From assembly GCA_963720535.1 (NCBI GenBank), contig OY970398.1, positions 3,879,868 through 3,943,867 on the forward strand: DNA of 64,000 bases, written 5' to 3'. The notes under the pieces are model-generated. The model was given only the letters and a program-made list of their open reading frames with translations. It was not told the origin of the DNA and did no database searches. Of the stretch, positions 27,404 to 37,279 are shown piece by piece. Position numbers and translations under genes: made by a program. How positions within the stretch are numbered: the first letter of the stretch is position 1; every line of letters starts with the position of its first letter. The stretch comes from an uncultured Chitinophagaceae bacterium. Lineage in GTDB: Bacteria > Bacteroidota > Bacteroidia > Chitinophagales > Chitinophagaceae.

Positions 27404-28579
27404 TTAGGCAATTGAAATAACCGAAGTCCCATCCCCGATGGATACTATATACGATTTCAAACTAGTTTTAAATTCCTTTTGAAATGCAATTTCAGCTTGA
27501 GCAATAAAAGACGCTACCGCATGATCCCTAACCAGATTGATAGTGCATCCGCCAAATCCACCACCCATCATCCTTGCACCCAAAACGTTTTCGTTTTTTT
27601 TCGAAAATGATGCAAGAAAATCAAGTTCCTTGCAACTCACTTCATAAAGTTTACTCAAGCCCTCATGTGTTTCGTACATTTTTCTACCGAATGCTGTCAT
27701 ATCTTTTTTATCCAAATCCATGCAAGCATCTTGTAAACGTTTTATTTCTTCTACAATAAATTTACAGCGATGATACACTTTCAAATCAACCTTGTCTTTT
27801 AATTCTTCGAGCATTACAAAATCAACATCTCTTAAAGAGGCTACTTCAGGGTGAATAGTTTTAAGAAAAGCAACACCAGCTTCGCATTCTTTTCTACGAA
27901 CATTATATTCTGAGGATGCCAAAGAATGTTTTACGCAAGTATCTAATAAAACAATTTTTATACCATCTTGATCAAAGGGACTATAATGATACTCCAAAGA
28001 ACGGCAGTCTAATTGAATCACAGCATCTGCTCTTCCAAACATACTAGCAAACATATCCATGATACCGCACTGCAAGCCAACAAACTGATTCTCTGCTCGC
28101 TGTGCCAACTTTACCATTTCTAACTTTGACAACCCTAGGCCGAATAGTTCATTCAGAGAATATACAGTTGCGCATTCAACGGCAGCAGATGACGAAAGTC
28201 CGGCGCCCAACGGAACATCGCCTGCCAGTACTGCGTTAAAGCCCCCTATAAGCAATCCTAATTTCTTTATCTGATCAACAATTCCCATAATGTAGTTGGG
28301 CCAGCCCAAAGGCGACTTCACTAAATCATTTATCGATACTGAAAAAGACTCATTCAAATCAATAGCGGTTAAATGAATCTCTGAATCATTCCTCTTGCCA
28401 ATTGCAATATATATTGCCTTATCAATTGCCGCAGGTAATACAAATCCCAAATTATAATCCGTGTGTTCCCCAATTAGATTAATTCTCCCAGGTGATTTTA
28501 CAAACAATTCAGGCACCCCGTATTTTGCTTGATAAATAGTTTTAACACTGGAAATACAGGTTTGAGTTTCAACCGACAT
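27404..28579 (-). CDS. galK: Galactokinase
   Basis: 391 aa with the GHMP kinase signature GRINLIGEHTDYN and the ATP-site motif PLGAGLSSSAA. Confidence 0.92.
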   Translation of the reverse strand: MSVETQTCISSVKTIYQAKYGVPELFVKSPGRINLIGEHTDYNLGFVLPAAIDKAIYIAIGKRNDSEIHLTAIDLNESFSVSINDLVKSPLGWPNYIMGIVDQIKKLGLLIGGFNAVLAGDVPLGAGLSSSAAVECATVYSLNELFGLGLSKLEMVKLAQRAENQFVGLQCGIMDMFASMFGRADAVIQLDCRSLEYHYSPFDQDGIKIVLLDTCVKHSLASSEYNVRRKECEAGVAFLKTIHPEVASLRDVDFVMLEELKDKVDLKVYHRCKFIVEEIKRLQDACMDLDKKDMTAFGRKMYETHEGLSKLYEVSCKELDFLASFSKKNENVLGARMMGGGFGGCTINLVRDHAVASFIAQAEIAFQKEFKTSLKSYIVSIGDGTSVISIA

Positions 28580-28792
28580 GAAAATTATTTTTTATATATG
28601 AAAATTGAACCAGATTCCTCCAGCTCAATTTCTAAATCGCTAATCTTACTTTTCCCCTCAAACAATTTAGCGAAATAGCCTGTCGAAAGTAGTTATATTT
28701 TGTTAATAAATGTACTTACAACACTTATTCTTAAAAAAAAATTCTGAAGTTCTCGCTATATCAAAACTCTTCCCTAAATTACAAACCAGTTT

Positions 28793-29503
28793 ATGGCAAA
28801 GTATCAAAAACAATTCCGCATTCTTGTTGCAGTTGATTGCATTATTTTTGGCTTCGATGGAGCTGAGCTAAAGATTTTATTAATAAAAAGAGGTCTGGAA
28901 CCGGAAAAAGGGAAATGGAGCTTGATGGGTGGTTTCATTACCGAAAAAGAAAATTTCGACAAAGGTGGATCCAGAATTCTCAAACAACTCACTGGACTTG
29001 AAGGAGTTTACATGGAGCAACTACATGCTTTTGGCCATCCTGATCGTGACCCTAATGAGCGAACCATTTCTGTTGCTTATTTTGCATTAATAGATATTCA
29101 CAAATTCGAAAATCAAATTAATTCAGATTATCACGCTGAATGGTTTCCTTTAAAAAAGATTCCCAAACTAATTTTCGACCATAACAATATGGTTGCAAAA
29201 GCCCGAGAACGTCTTCGGTATAAATCAGCATTTCATCCTATACTTTTCGAGTTGCTTCCTGATAAATTTACTCTGCCACAATTACAGAGTTTATATGAAG
29301 GGATTTTTGATATGGAGTTTGATAAAAGGAACTTTAGCAGAAAGATTCAATCAACCAAACTACTTATTAAGCAAAAAGATAAAGATAAAGAGAGCTCCAA
29401 AAAAGGAGCTTACTATTATAAACTAGATAAACGGCGTTATGCCGCAAATCTGCATGCTTTTTTAAATATAATCCCTAACCCTGTAATATTTAATAGGCTA
29501 TAA
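28793..29503 (+). CDS. NrtR-family (Nudix-like plus winged-helix) transcriptional regulator, AraR-like
   Basis: 236 aa. The N-terminal Nudix fold has a degenerate Nudix box (GGFITEKENFDKGGSRILKQLTGL; canonical RE-U-x-EE is replaced by RI-L-K-QL). The C-terminal part resembles a winged helix. The gene is divergent from galK and heads the ara operon. Confidence 0.75.
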   Translation: MAKYQKQFRILVAVDCIIFGFDGAELKILLIKRGLEPEKGKWSLMGGFITEKENFDKGGSRILKQLTGLEGVYMEQLHAFGHPDRDPNERTISVAYFALIDIHKFENQINSDYHAEWFPLKKIPKLIFDHNNMVAKARERLRYKSAFHPILFELLPDKFTLPQLQSLYEGIFDMEFDKRNFSRKIQSTKLLIKQKDKDKESSKKGAYYYKLDKRRYAANLHAFLNIIPNPVIFNRL

Positions 29504-29564
29504 TTTATTCGCATAATAATCGACTAATAGTGTTGCCCAACATGAATTAGACAAGACATATATC

Positions 29565-31232
29565 ATGAACAAAAAAGCTTTTGTAATTGGAGTTGACTTT
29601 GGCACTGACTCAGTAAGATCAATACTTGTAGATAGTAGCAATGGAGAAGAAATAAGTTCCTCTATTTTTTACTATCCTAGATGGAAAGAAGGCAAATATT
29701 GTAACCCCTCTAAAAATCAATTCCGCCAGCATCCCCAAGATTATATAGATGGATTGCAACATACTATTCGTGGTTGCGTAGAAATTGCCGGCCCAAATAT
29801 TGCGTCTGCTATAAAAGCTATAGGTGTTGATACAACAGGGAGTAGCCCTGTAGCTGTAGATAGTAAGGGTCAACCTCTTGCTTTACAGAAAAATTTTGAA
29901 GAGAACCCCAATGCAATGTTTGTTTTATGGAAAGATCATACTGCAGTAGCAGAAGCTGCATCTATTAATCAGCATGCAACAAATTTTCCAATCAACTATT
30001 TACAATATGTGGGTGGAATATATTCGTCTGAATGGTTTTGGGCGAAGCTATTACATATACTACGTGTAGATGAATCTGTAAGAAAAGCTTGCTATACTTG
30101 GGTGGAGCATTGCGATTGGATTCCTTTTTTATTAACCGGACAAACCGATGCAAGCCAATTAAAGAGAAGCGTTTGCGCTGCTGGACACAAAGGGTTATGG
30201 TCTGCCAATTTTGACGGATATCCACCTAATGAATTTTTTACATCATTAGATCCACTTCTAAAGGGGCATGTACAAAAATTAGGAAAAACTGTTTATACAT
30301 CTGATCAATCTGCCGGGCAGATCTCACACGAATGGGCAGAAAAATTGGGGCTCCCATCTGATACAATTATTGCAGTAGGCGCTTTCGACGCTCATATGGG
30401 AGCAGTAGGCGGACAAATTGAACCATTTCATCTCAGCAAGGTAATGGGTACATCTACTTGTGATATGCTTGTTGCTCCTAAATCTAGTATTCAAAACAAA
30501 TTAGTGAAAGGGATTTGTGGCCAAGTTGATGGCTCCGTAATTCCTGGTATGATTGGATTGGAAGCAGGTCAATCTGCTTTTGGTGATAGTTATGCTTGGT
30601 TAAAAAAATTGATACTCTCACCTGTGATAGAAATTCTAAATAAATCAATACTTACAGACCAAGAAACAATCGCAAAACTGACTGAAGAGCTTTCTGACCA
30701 ATTAATTGCTGAGCTCAGTAAAAAAGCAAGCGAATTACCATTATCACTTACCGACCCCATTGCAACAGATTGGTTGAATGGTAGAAGAACACCAGATGCA
30801 AATCAATTACTAAAAAGCGGAATAATTGGCTTGAATCTTTCCACAGATGCAGTGATGCTTTTCAAAACAATCGTTGAATCAACCTGCTTTGGTGCAAAAG
30901 CGATAGTGGATCGATTTATTGAAGAACAAGTTCCAATTGAAGGATTGATCGGACTTGGAGGTGTTGCAAAAAAATCTCCTTATATCATGCAAGTCATGAG
31001 CGATATTATGAATATGCCAATTAGAATTCATAAAAGCGAACAAACCTGTGCATTGGGTGCCGCAATGTTTGCCGCAACAGCAGCAGGTTTATTTGAAAAA
31101 GTGGATGATGCAATGGTAATTATGGGGCAAGGATTTGATGCTACTTATACTCCAAATAAAAACAATATTGAATATTACAGCAAGAGAATGCAGGCATATA
31201 AAAAACTAGGGGCATTTATAGAAACCTTATAA
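29565..31232 (+). CDS. araB: Ribulokinase
   Basis: 555 aa FGGY-family kinase (VIGVDFGTDSVRS at the N-terminus), followed directly by araD. Confidence 0.9.
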   Translation: MNKKAFVIGVDFGTDSVRSILVDSSNGEEISSSIFYYPRWKEGKYCNPSKNQFRQHPQDYIDGLQHTIRGCVEIAGPNIASAIKAIGVDTTGSSPVAVDSKGQPLALQKNFEENPNAMFVLWKDHTAVAEAASINQHATNFPINYLQYVGGIYSSEWFWAKLLHILRVDESVRKACYTWVEHCDWIPFLLTGQTDASQLKRSVCAAGHKGLWSANFDGYPPNEFFTSLDPLLKGHVQKLGKTVYTSDQSAGQISHEWAEKLGLPSDTIIAVGAFDAHMGAVGGQIEPFHLSKVMGTSTCDMLVAPKSSIQNKLVKGICGQVDGSVIPGMIGLEAGQSAFGDSYAWLKKLILSPVIEILNKSILTDQETIAKLTEELSDQLIAELSKKASELPLSLTDPIATDWLNGRRTPDANQLLKSGIIGLNLSTDAVMLFKTIVESTCFGAKAIVDRFIEEQVPIEGLIGLGGVAKKSPYIMQVMSDIMNMPIRIHKSEQTCALGAAMFAATAAGLFEKVDDAMVIMGQGFDATYTPNKNNIEYYSKRMQAYKKLGAFIETL

Positions 31233-31233
31233 T

Positions 31234-31938
31234 ATGAATACCACAGACTACGAAAAAATAAAACAAGAAGCCTACTATGCAAATATGCAATTACCTAAAC
31301 TTGGTTTGGTTATGTTCACATTTGGCAATGTAAGTGTTGCTGACCGTGAACTAAACGTGTTTGCCATTAAACCAAGCGGCATACCTTATGAGGAACTTGC
31401 ACCTGAAAAAATGGTGATTGTAGACTTTAATGGAAAAATCATTTCTGGAAATTTAAGACCGTCTTCAGATACCAAAACTCACGCAGTATTATACAAATAT
31501 TGGGAACATATCGAAAGTATTGTTCACACTCATTCTACTTATGGAACTGCTTGGGCTCAATCGCAAAGGGCCATTCCAATTTATGGAACAACGCATGCTG
31601 ATCATTTAACTTTAGATATACCATGTGCTCCTCCAATGGAAGATTCCATGATTGAGGGCGATTATGAATATCAAACTGGCTTCCAGATTATGAACCATTT
31701 CAAAGAACTAGGCTTGAATTATAAAGAAGTTGAAATGATTTTAGTGGGAAACCATGCCCCTTTTACTTGGGGTAAAACTCCTAGTAAAGCGGTTTACAAT
31801 GCAGCAGTGTTGGAGGAACTTGCCAGAATAGCCTATTTAACTGAACAGATCAATCCAAATTCACCCAAGTTAAAAGAATCTTTAATCAAAAAGCACTACG
31901 ACCGTAAACATGGCTCTGCCTCCTATTATGGTCAATAA
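31234..31938 (+). CDS. araD: L-ribulose-5-phosphate 4-epimerase
   Basis: 234 aa class II aldolase/adducin fold (FAIKPSG, HTHSTYGTAWAQ). Starts 1 bp after the araB stop. Confidence 0.9.
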   Translation: MNTTDYEKIKQEAYYANMQLPKLGLVMFTFGNVSVADRELNVFAIKPSGIPYEELAPEKMVIVDFNGKIISGNLRPSSDTKTHAVLYKYWEHIESIVHTHSTYGTAWAQSQRAIPIYGTTHADHLTLDIPCAPPMEDSMIEGDYEYQTGFQIMNHFKELGLNYKEVEMILVGNHAPFTWGKTPSKAVYNAAVLEELARIAYLTEQINPNSPKLKESLIKKHYDRKHGSASYYGQ

Positions 31939-31968
31939 TGCTTCTTAAATACAACAAACCATTTTTTC

Positions 31969-33981
31969 ATGAAACCATTTTTTGTAATTGCTTTTCTGTC
32001 AACAATCTTTTGTGTAAATGCACAAAATAAAGATTACCCTATACAAGCATTAGACTTTACAAAAGTTAAACTACAAGATCGTTTCTGGATGCCTAGAATT
32101 GAAACCAATAGATTAGTAACTATCCCTGCATCTTTTGCAAGATGTGAAAGCACTGGTCGGGTAAAGAATTTTTTAATGGCCGCAACAAAATCGGGAAAGT
32201 TCTGTACTCGTTACCCATTTGACGATACCGATATTTATAAAACCATAGAAGCCGCTTCTTTTTCTCTCGCTTTGCATTATGATTCGAAGCTTGATGCATA
32301 CCTCGATTCAATGATTCAAATCATTTCTAATGCACAAGAACCAGATGGTTATTTATATACTGCTCGAACCATTGATAAAATTAATGTGAATCCTTTTTTT
32401 GGAAAAGAGCGCTGGGAAAAAGAGAGAGAATATAGCCACGAATTATATAACGCCGGGCACTTGTATGAAGCAGCCTCAGCTCATTATCTTGCTACAAAAA
32501 AAACAACCCTTTTAACAATTGCATTAAAAAATGCAGATTTGGTTTGTTCTGTATTTGGTTCAAACAAACGCCATGTTGCCCCAGGACATGAAATCATTGA
32601 AATGGGACTGGTTAAATTATATCGCATCACCGAAAAAATAGAATACCTAAATACCGCAAAATTTTTTATTGAAGAAAGAGGAAACTTCAAAGGCTATGAT
32701 TCCAAAAACAAGGATCCCTTTAAAAACGGTGCTTACTGGCAAGATGATATCCCAGTAAAACAACAGCAGGAAGCAGAGGGGCATGCAGTTAGAGCAGGTT
32801 ACCTATATGCAGCCATGGCAGATATTGCAGCACTCACAGAAGATAAAGACATGCTGGCGGCGGTTGATAGAATTTGGGCTAATGAGACTGGTAAAAAAAT
32901 GTATGTGCAAGGAGGTGTAGGTGCTATTGGCAACGGAGAACGATTTGGCGATAATTATGAGCTTCCTAATACAACTGCTTACAATGAAACCTGTGCCGCC
33001 ATTGCCAATATTTATTTCAATCAGAGAATGTTTTTACTACATGGCAATGCACAATATATTGATGTGCTTGAAAAGATTCTCTATAATGGTTTTTTATCTG
33101 GCGTGGGGTTAGACGGCAAATCTTTTTTTTATACGAATGCCATGCAGATTCATCATTATTTACAACATCCGGATATGGAGACTGAAAGATCAGGTTGGTT
33201 CGAATGTTCTTGCTGTCCTACCAACATCGCACGTCTAATGCCTTCCATTCCTGGTTATGTTTATGCACAAAAAAAAGATAGTATTTATGCGAATCTTTTC
33301 ATTTCCGGAAATGCTTCCTTACAAATAAATAATAAAAGCATTGAAATTAAACAAGAGAATAATTATCCTTGGGATGGACATTTAAAGTTCACTATCAGTA
33401 CTGAGCAACCTATTAGTTTTAATATGATGATTCGTATTCCAGGTTGGGCTCAAAATGTTGCTTTACCTAATAATCTTTATCATTTTAGCAAAGAATCAAA
33501 TGCCAAAGTAGTGATTAGTGTAAACGGGAAAATTACTGCATATCAAATTCAAAATGGATATGCTATTTTAAAAAGAACTTGGAATAAAAACGATCATATT
33601 CAAGTGATACTTCCAATGGAAGCAAGAAGGGTCGCTTCTGATACGCTGATAAAAAACAATATTGGTAAACTTTCTTTACAAAGAGGGCCGATCATGTATT
33701 GTGCAGAATGGAAAGACAATGCTGGTTCCACCTCAAATATTATTCTTCCTGAATCCGCTAAAATAAATACACAATTCAACCCAGATTTATTAAATGGAGT
33801 GATGGTACTAAAATCACAATCATTCCAAGTTTTGATTAGCGCAAACGGGCAAGAAATAAAAACTATTGCAAAACCTTTCATCGCTATTCCTTATTACGCT
33901 TGGGCTAATAGAGGAAAGGGCGAAATGACCGTTTGGATACCTGAAAAAGTAACAGCAACAGAACTAATAACAAATCGATAA
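31969..33981 (+). CDS. Beta-L-arabinofuranosidase, glycoside hydrolase family 127 (DUF1680), secreted
   Basis: 670 aa with a signal peptide. Contains the GH127-type cysteine-rich active-site/zinc motif [15 protein letters not shown]. Confidence 0.85.
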   Translation: MKPFFVIAFLSTIFCVNAQNKDYPIQALDFTKVKLQDRFWMPRIETNRLVTIPASFARCESTGRVKNFLMAATKSGKFCTRYPFDDTDIYKTIEAASFSLALHYDSKLDAYLDSMIQIISNAQEPDGYLYTARTIDKINVNPFFGKERWEKEREYSHELYNAGHLYEAASAHYLATKKTTLLTIALKNADLVCSVFGSNKRHVAPGHEIIEMGLVKLYRITEKIEYLNTAKFFIEERGNFKGYDSKNKDPFKNGAYWQDDIPVKQQQEAEGHAVRAGYLYAAMADIAALTEDKDMLAAVDRIWANETGKKMYVQGGVGAIGNGERFGDNYELPNTTAYNETCAAIANIYFNQRMFLLHGNAQYIDVLEKILYNGFLSGVGLDGKSFFYTNAMQIHHYLQHPDMETERSGWFECSCCPTNIARLMPSIPGYVYAQKKDSIYANLFISGNASLQINNKSIEIKQENNYPWDGHLKFTISTEQPISFNMMIRIPGWAQNVALPNNLYHFSKESNAKVVISVNGKITAYQIQNGYAILKRTWNKNDHIQVILPMEARRVASDTLIKNNIGKLSLQRGPIMYCAEWKDNAGSTSNIILPESAKINTQFNPDLLNGVMVLKSQSFQVLISANGQEIKTIAKPFIAIPYYAWANRGKGEMTVWIPEKVTATELITNR

Positions 33982-33995
33982 ATACTGAAAAAAAA

Positions 33996-35486
33996 ATGAT
34001 CAATTTAAAAACACTTGAAGTTTGGTTCATAACAGGCAGTCAGAATTTGTACGGAGAGGAAACCTTACATCAAGTTGCCGAACACTCAAAATCTATTGCT
34101 TCCTATTTAAATGAAGTAGAACTTATTCCTGTTACTGTTGTGTATAAGCCAACAGTAAAATCAACAGAAGAAGTAACTGCAATTATGCAAGAAGCCAATA
34201 ATTCGACTAATTGCATTGGTGTGATTACTTGGATGCATACATTTTCTCCTGCAAAAATGTGGATCAACGGATTAAAAATTCTTAATAAACCTTTACTGCA
34301 TTTTCATACACAGTTTAATAGAGATATTCCTTGGAATACGATTGATATGGATTTCATGAATCTAAATCAAAGTGCCCATGGCGATCGTGAATTTGGATTT
34401 ATGCTGACCCGCATGCGCATCAACCGAAAAGTAGTGGTTGGGCATTGGCAAGACAATGAATCACTATCGAAAATTAGTGGCTGGATGCGCGCTGCTGCAG
34501 GTTGGCACGATTGGCAGGGAGCAAAATTTGTTCGTTTTGGCGACAACATGAGATATGTTGCTGTAACAGAAGGAGATAAAGTAGAAGCAGAATTAAAATT
34601 TGGGTACTCTGTAAATACTTATGGTGTAGGCGATTTAGTAGCCGTGGTTAATCAAGTAAGCGATAAACAAATTGATGAGCTTATCGCAGTTTATGAGGAA
34701 GCATATACTTTAGTAGAATCTTTACAAAAAGGGGGATCAAATCATCAGTCACTCAGAGAAGCTGCCCGAATTGAAATAGGCATTGAAACATTTTTAGAGC
34801 AAGGCAATTTTAAAGGATTTACTACCACATTTGAAGACTTACATGGGCTGGTTCAATTACCGGGCATTGCTGCGCAAAGGTTAATGGCCAAGGGTTATGG
34901 ATTTGCCGGTGAGGGAGATTGGAAAACATCTGCACTGGTAAGAGCGATGAAAGTAATGGGTTCTGGATTAAAAGGTGGTGCTTCTTTTATGGAAGACTAC
35001 ACCTATCATTTTAATCCAGATAATAGAATGGTTTTGGGGGCACACATGCTAGAGATCTGTGAATCGATCTCTGATGCTAAACCAAGCTGTGAAATTCATC
35101 CTTTAGGTATCGGTGGTAAAGCCGACCCAGTTAGACTCGTTTTTAATTCTGGACCTGGACCTGCCATCAACGCAACAATTGTTGATATGGGTAATCGTTT
35201 TAGATTATTGGTGAACGAAGTAATGGCAGTGAGTTCATTCAATCCATTACCAAAACTTCCGGTAGCGCGCGTTCTTTGGAAACCTTATCCAAATATGCAT
35301 TCAGGATGTGCTGCTTGGATCTTGGGGGGTGGTGCACACCATACTTGTTATAGCCAAAGTATTAGTGCAGATCATATGGAGGACTTTGCTGAAATGGCAG
35401 GAATTGAATACCTCTTGATTGGAAAAGATACAAAGCTTAGCCAATTTAAAAACGAATTACGTTGGAACGAAATAGCTTATAAATAA
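33996..35486 (+). CDS. araA: L-arabinose isomerase
   Basis: 496 aa. N-terminus [17 protein letters not shown] and overall AraA-like sequence, in ara operon context. Confidence 0.9.
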   Translation: MINLKTLEVWFITGSQNLYGEETLHQVAEHSKSIASYLNEVELIPVTVVYKPTVKSTEEVTAIMQEANNSTNCIGVITWMHTFSPAKMWINGLKILNKPLLHFHTQFNRDIPWNTIDMDFMNLNQSAHGDREFGFMLTRMRINRKVVVGHWQDNESLSKISGWMRAAAGWHDWQGAKFVRFGDNMRYVAVTEGDKVEAELKFGYSVNTYGVGDLVAVVNQVSDKQIDELIAVYEEAYTLVESLQKGGSNHQSLREAARIEIGIETFLEQGNFKGFTTTFEDLHGLVQLPGIAAQRLMAKGYGFAGEGDWKTSALVRAMKVMGSGLKGGASFMEDYTYHFNPDNRMVLGAHMLEICESISDAKPSCEIHPLGIGGKADPVRLVFNSGPGPAINATIVDMGNRFRLLVNEVMAVSSFNPLPKLPVARVLWKPYPNMHSGCAAWILGGGAHHTCYSQSISADHMEDFAEMAGIEYLLIGKDTKLSQFKNELRWNEIAYK

Positions 35487-35518
35487 TTTAATTACTTACA
35501 AATATTCAAAATAAAACG

Positions 35519-37204
35519 ATGAACAAAAACCTTGCCCTAGCAGACTATCTGGTATTTATTATTTACTTCATTATTGTAGCTGGTTACGGTTACAGTATCT
35601 ATCGAAAGCGCAAAAAAAACGAGCACGATGCAAAAGCCTATTTCCTTGCAGAGGGTTCACTTACCTGGTGGGCCATTGGCGCTTCACTGATTGCATCAAA
35701 TATTTCTGCGGAGCAATTTATTGGTATGAGTGGCGAGGGATTTTTTTTGGGCATTGCCGTTGCAGCGTATGAATGGCTTGCGGCTGTTGCACTGATCATC
35801 ATTGCCATATGGTTTATACCTGTTTATTTAAAGAACAAGATTTATACAATGCCGCAATTTTTAAAGACAAGGTATAACGAATCTACAGCCTTGATTATGG
35901 CCATATTTTGGTTGTTCCTTTACGTCTTTGTAAACCTAACATCTATCCTTTATTTAGGCGCCGTTGCCATTAACGGAATTGCAGGTGGCGGATACCTACA
36001 TACTATTATGATTGGTCTTTCCATTTTTGCATTATTGATTTCTTTAGGCGGAATGAAAGTAGTTGCTTACACCGACGTAATTCAGGTGGCCGTATTAATT
36101 ATAGGCGGGCTTGTTACCACATATATCGCTTTAACAACGGTTGGCTCTTATTTTGGTGTTGGTGAAAATGCAATTGCAGGATTCAAAGTTTTATTGAAGG
36201 AAGCTCCGGAACATTTTAAAATGATTATTCCTAAACCAACTGCTGCATCTTCACAAAACGACATTAATAAATACATTACTTTCCCCGGACTACTTTCTTA
36301 TGCTGCGGGTATTTGGATCATCAACCTTAACTATTGGGGTTGTAACCAGTATATCACACAACGTGCCCTGGGAGCAGATCTGCAAACTGCCCGTACTGGT
36401 ATTTTATTTGCAGGCTTCTTAAAACTAATGATGCCCTTGATTGTAATGTTGCCAGGTATTGCAGCTTTTGTATTATATCAATCTGGTCATTTACCCCAAT
36501 TGGTTGGAGGTAAAGATGGTGCCTATTCTGCAGTGCTTACCTTTTTGCCAACAGGTTTAAAAGGTTTATCTGTTGCTGCACTTACTGCTGCTATTGTTGC
36601 TTCGCTCGCCGGAAAAGTAAATAGCATTTCAACTATTTACACTTTAGATGTACATAAAAAATATATTCATAAAGATGCCAATGAAAAAAGTCAGGTATAT
36701 ATTGGTCGCTTCGCTGTATTTGCTGCAATGATTTTAGCAGTGTTATTTACCTGGAACGACTTATTAGGAATTGGAGGTGTTGGTGGATTTACGTATATCC
36801 AAAAATATACCGGTTTCATTAGCCCCGGTGTGTTTGCCATGTTCTTGTTGGGAATGTTTTGGAAACGAACTACCGGCTCAGCAGCAATCGTTGGTCTGTT
36901 AACAGGTTTCCTGTTATCCGTTTTATTTAATGAGTTCGCTCCTGGCCTTTTTGGAAATGAAACATTATTGTATACTGCTTATCCGAATGGCAAAGGTGGC
37001 TTTGAAATACCATTCCATATTTGTATGGGGTTATCGTTCTTATTCACTATGATTGCCATGATATCGGTAAGTCTTGCCGGTCCAAAAATTAATCCTAAGG
37101 CTTTCGAGTTAGATCGATCTATGTTTAAGCTTTCACCAGCTACAACTGTTTTAATTGTTATTATTTTATTTATCATTACCGCACTGTATGTTAAGTTTTG
37201 GTAG
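35519..37204 (+). CDS. Sodium:solute symporter (SSF/SGLT family), probable arabinose/galactose importer
   Basis: 561 aa, polytopic membrane protein. SSF-type N-terminal region (WWAIGASLIASNISAEQFIGMSG). Last gene of the ara operon. Confidence 0.85.
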   Translation: MNKNLALADYLVFIIYFIIVAGYGYSIYRKRKKNEHDAKAYFLAEGSLTWWAIGASLIASNISAEQFIGMSGEGFFLGIAVAAYEWLAAVALIIIAIWFIPVYLKNKIYTMPQFLKTRYNESTALIMAIFWLFLYVFVNLTSILYLGAVAINGIAGGGYLHTIMIGLSIFALLISLGGMKVVAYTDVIQVAVLIIGGLVTTYIALTTVGSYFGVGENAIAGFKVLLKEAPEHFKMIIPKPTAASSQNDINKYITFPGLLSYAAGIWIINLNYWGCNQYITQRALGADLQTARTGILFAGFLKLMMPLIVMLPGIAAFVLYQSGHLPQLVGGKDGAYSAVLTFLPTGLKGLSVAALTAAIVASLAGKVNSISTIYTLDVHKKYIHKDANEKSQVYIGRFAVFAAMILAVLFTWNDLLGIGGVGGFTYIQKYTGFISPGVFAMFLLGMFWKRTTGSAAIVGLLTGFLLSVLFNEFAPGLFGNETLLYTAYPNGKGGFEIPFHICMGLSFLFTMIAMISVSLAGPKINPKAFELDRSMFKLSPATTVLIVIILFIITALYVKFW

Positions 37205-37220
37205 ATAAGTCAATAGCTTT

Positions 37221-37268
37221 AAAAAAAATCCTTCGATCCCTAGCAATAAGGGCGAAGGATTTTTTTTT
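37221..37268. terminator. Bidirectional terminator between the convergent SGLT and HAD genes
   Basis: AAAAAAAATCCTTCGATCCC-TAGCAATAA-GGGCGAAGGATTTTTTTT: a hairpin flanked by an A-run and a T-run. Confidence 0.65.
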
Positions 37269-37279
37269 AGAAAACCTCA

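Noticed and set aside
28578-28606. Direct repeat ATGAAAATT (x2) at the galK start in the divergent galK/araR region, plus short AAGTA/TACTT inverted arms near 28688-28722, considered as AraR operators.
   Set aside because: The arms are only 5-9 nt in AT-rich DNA, which is expected by chance. I cannot recall the AraR consensus well enough to call a site.
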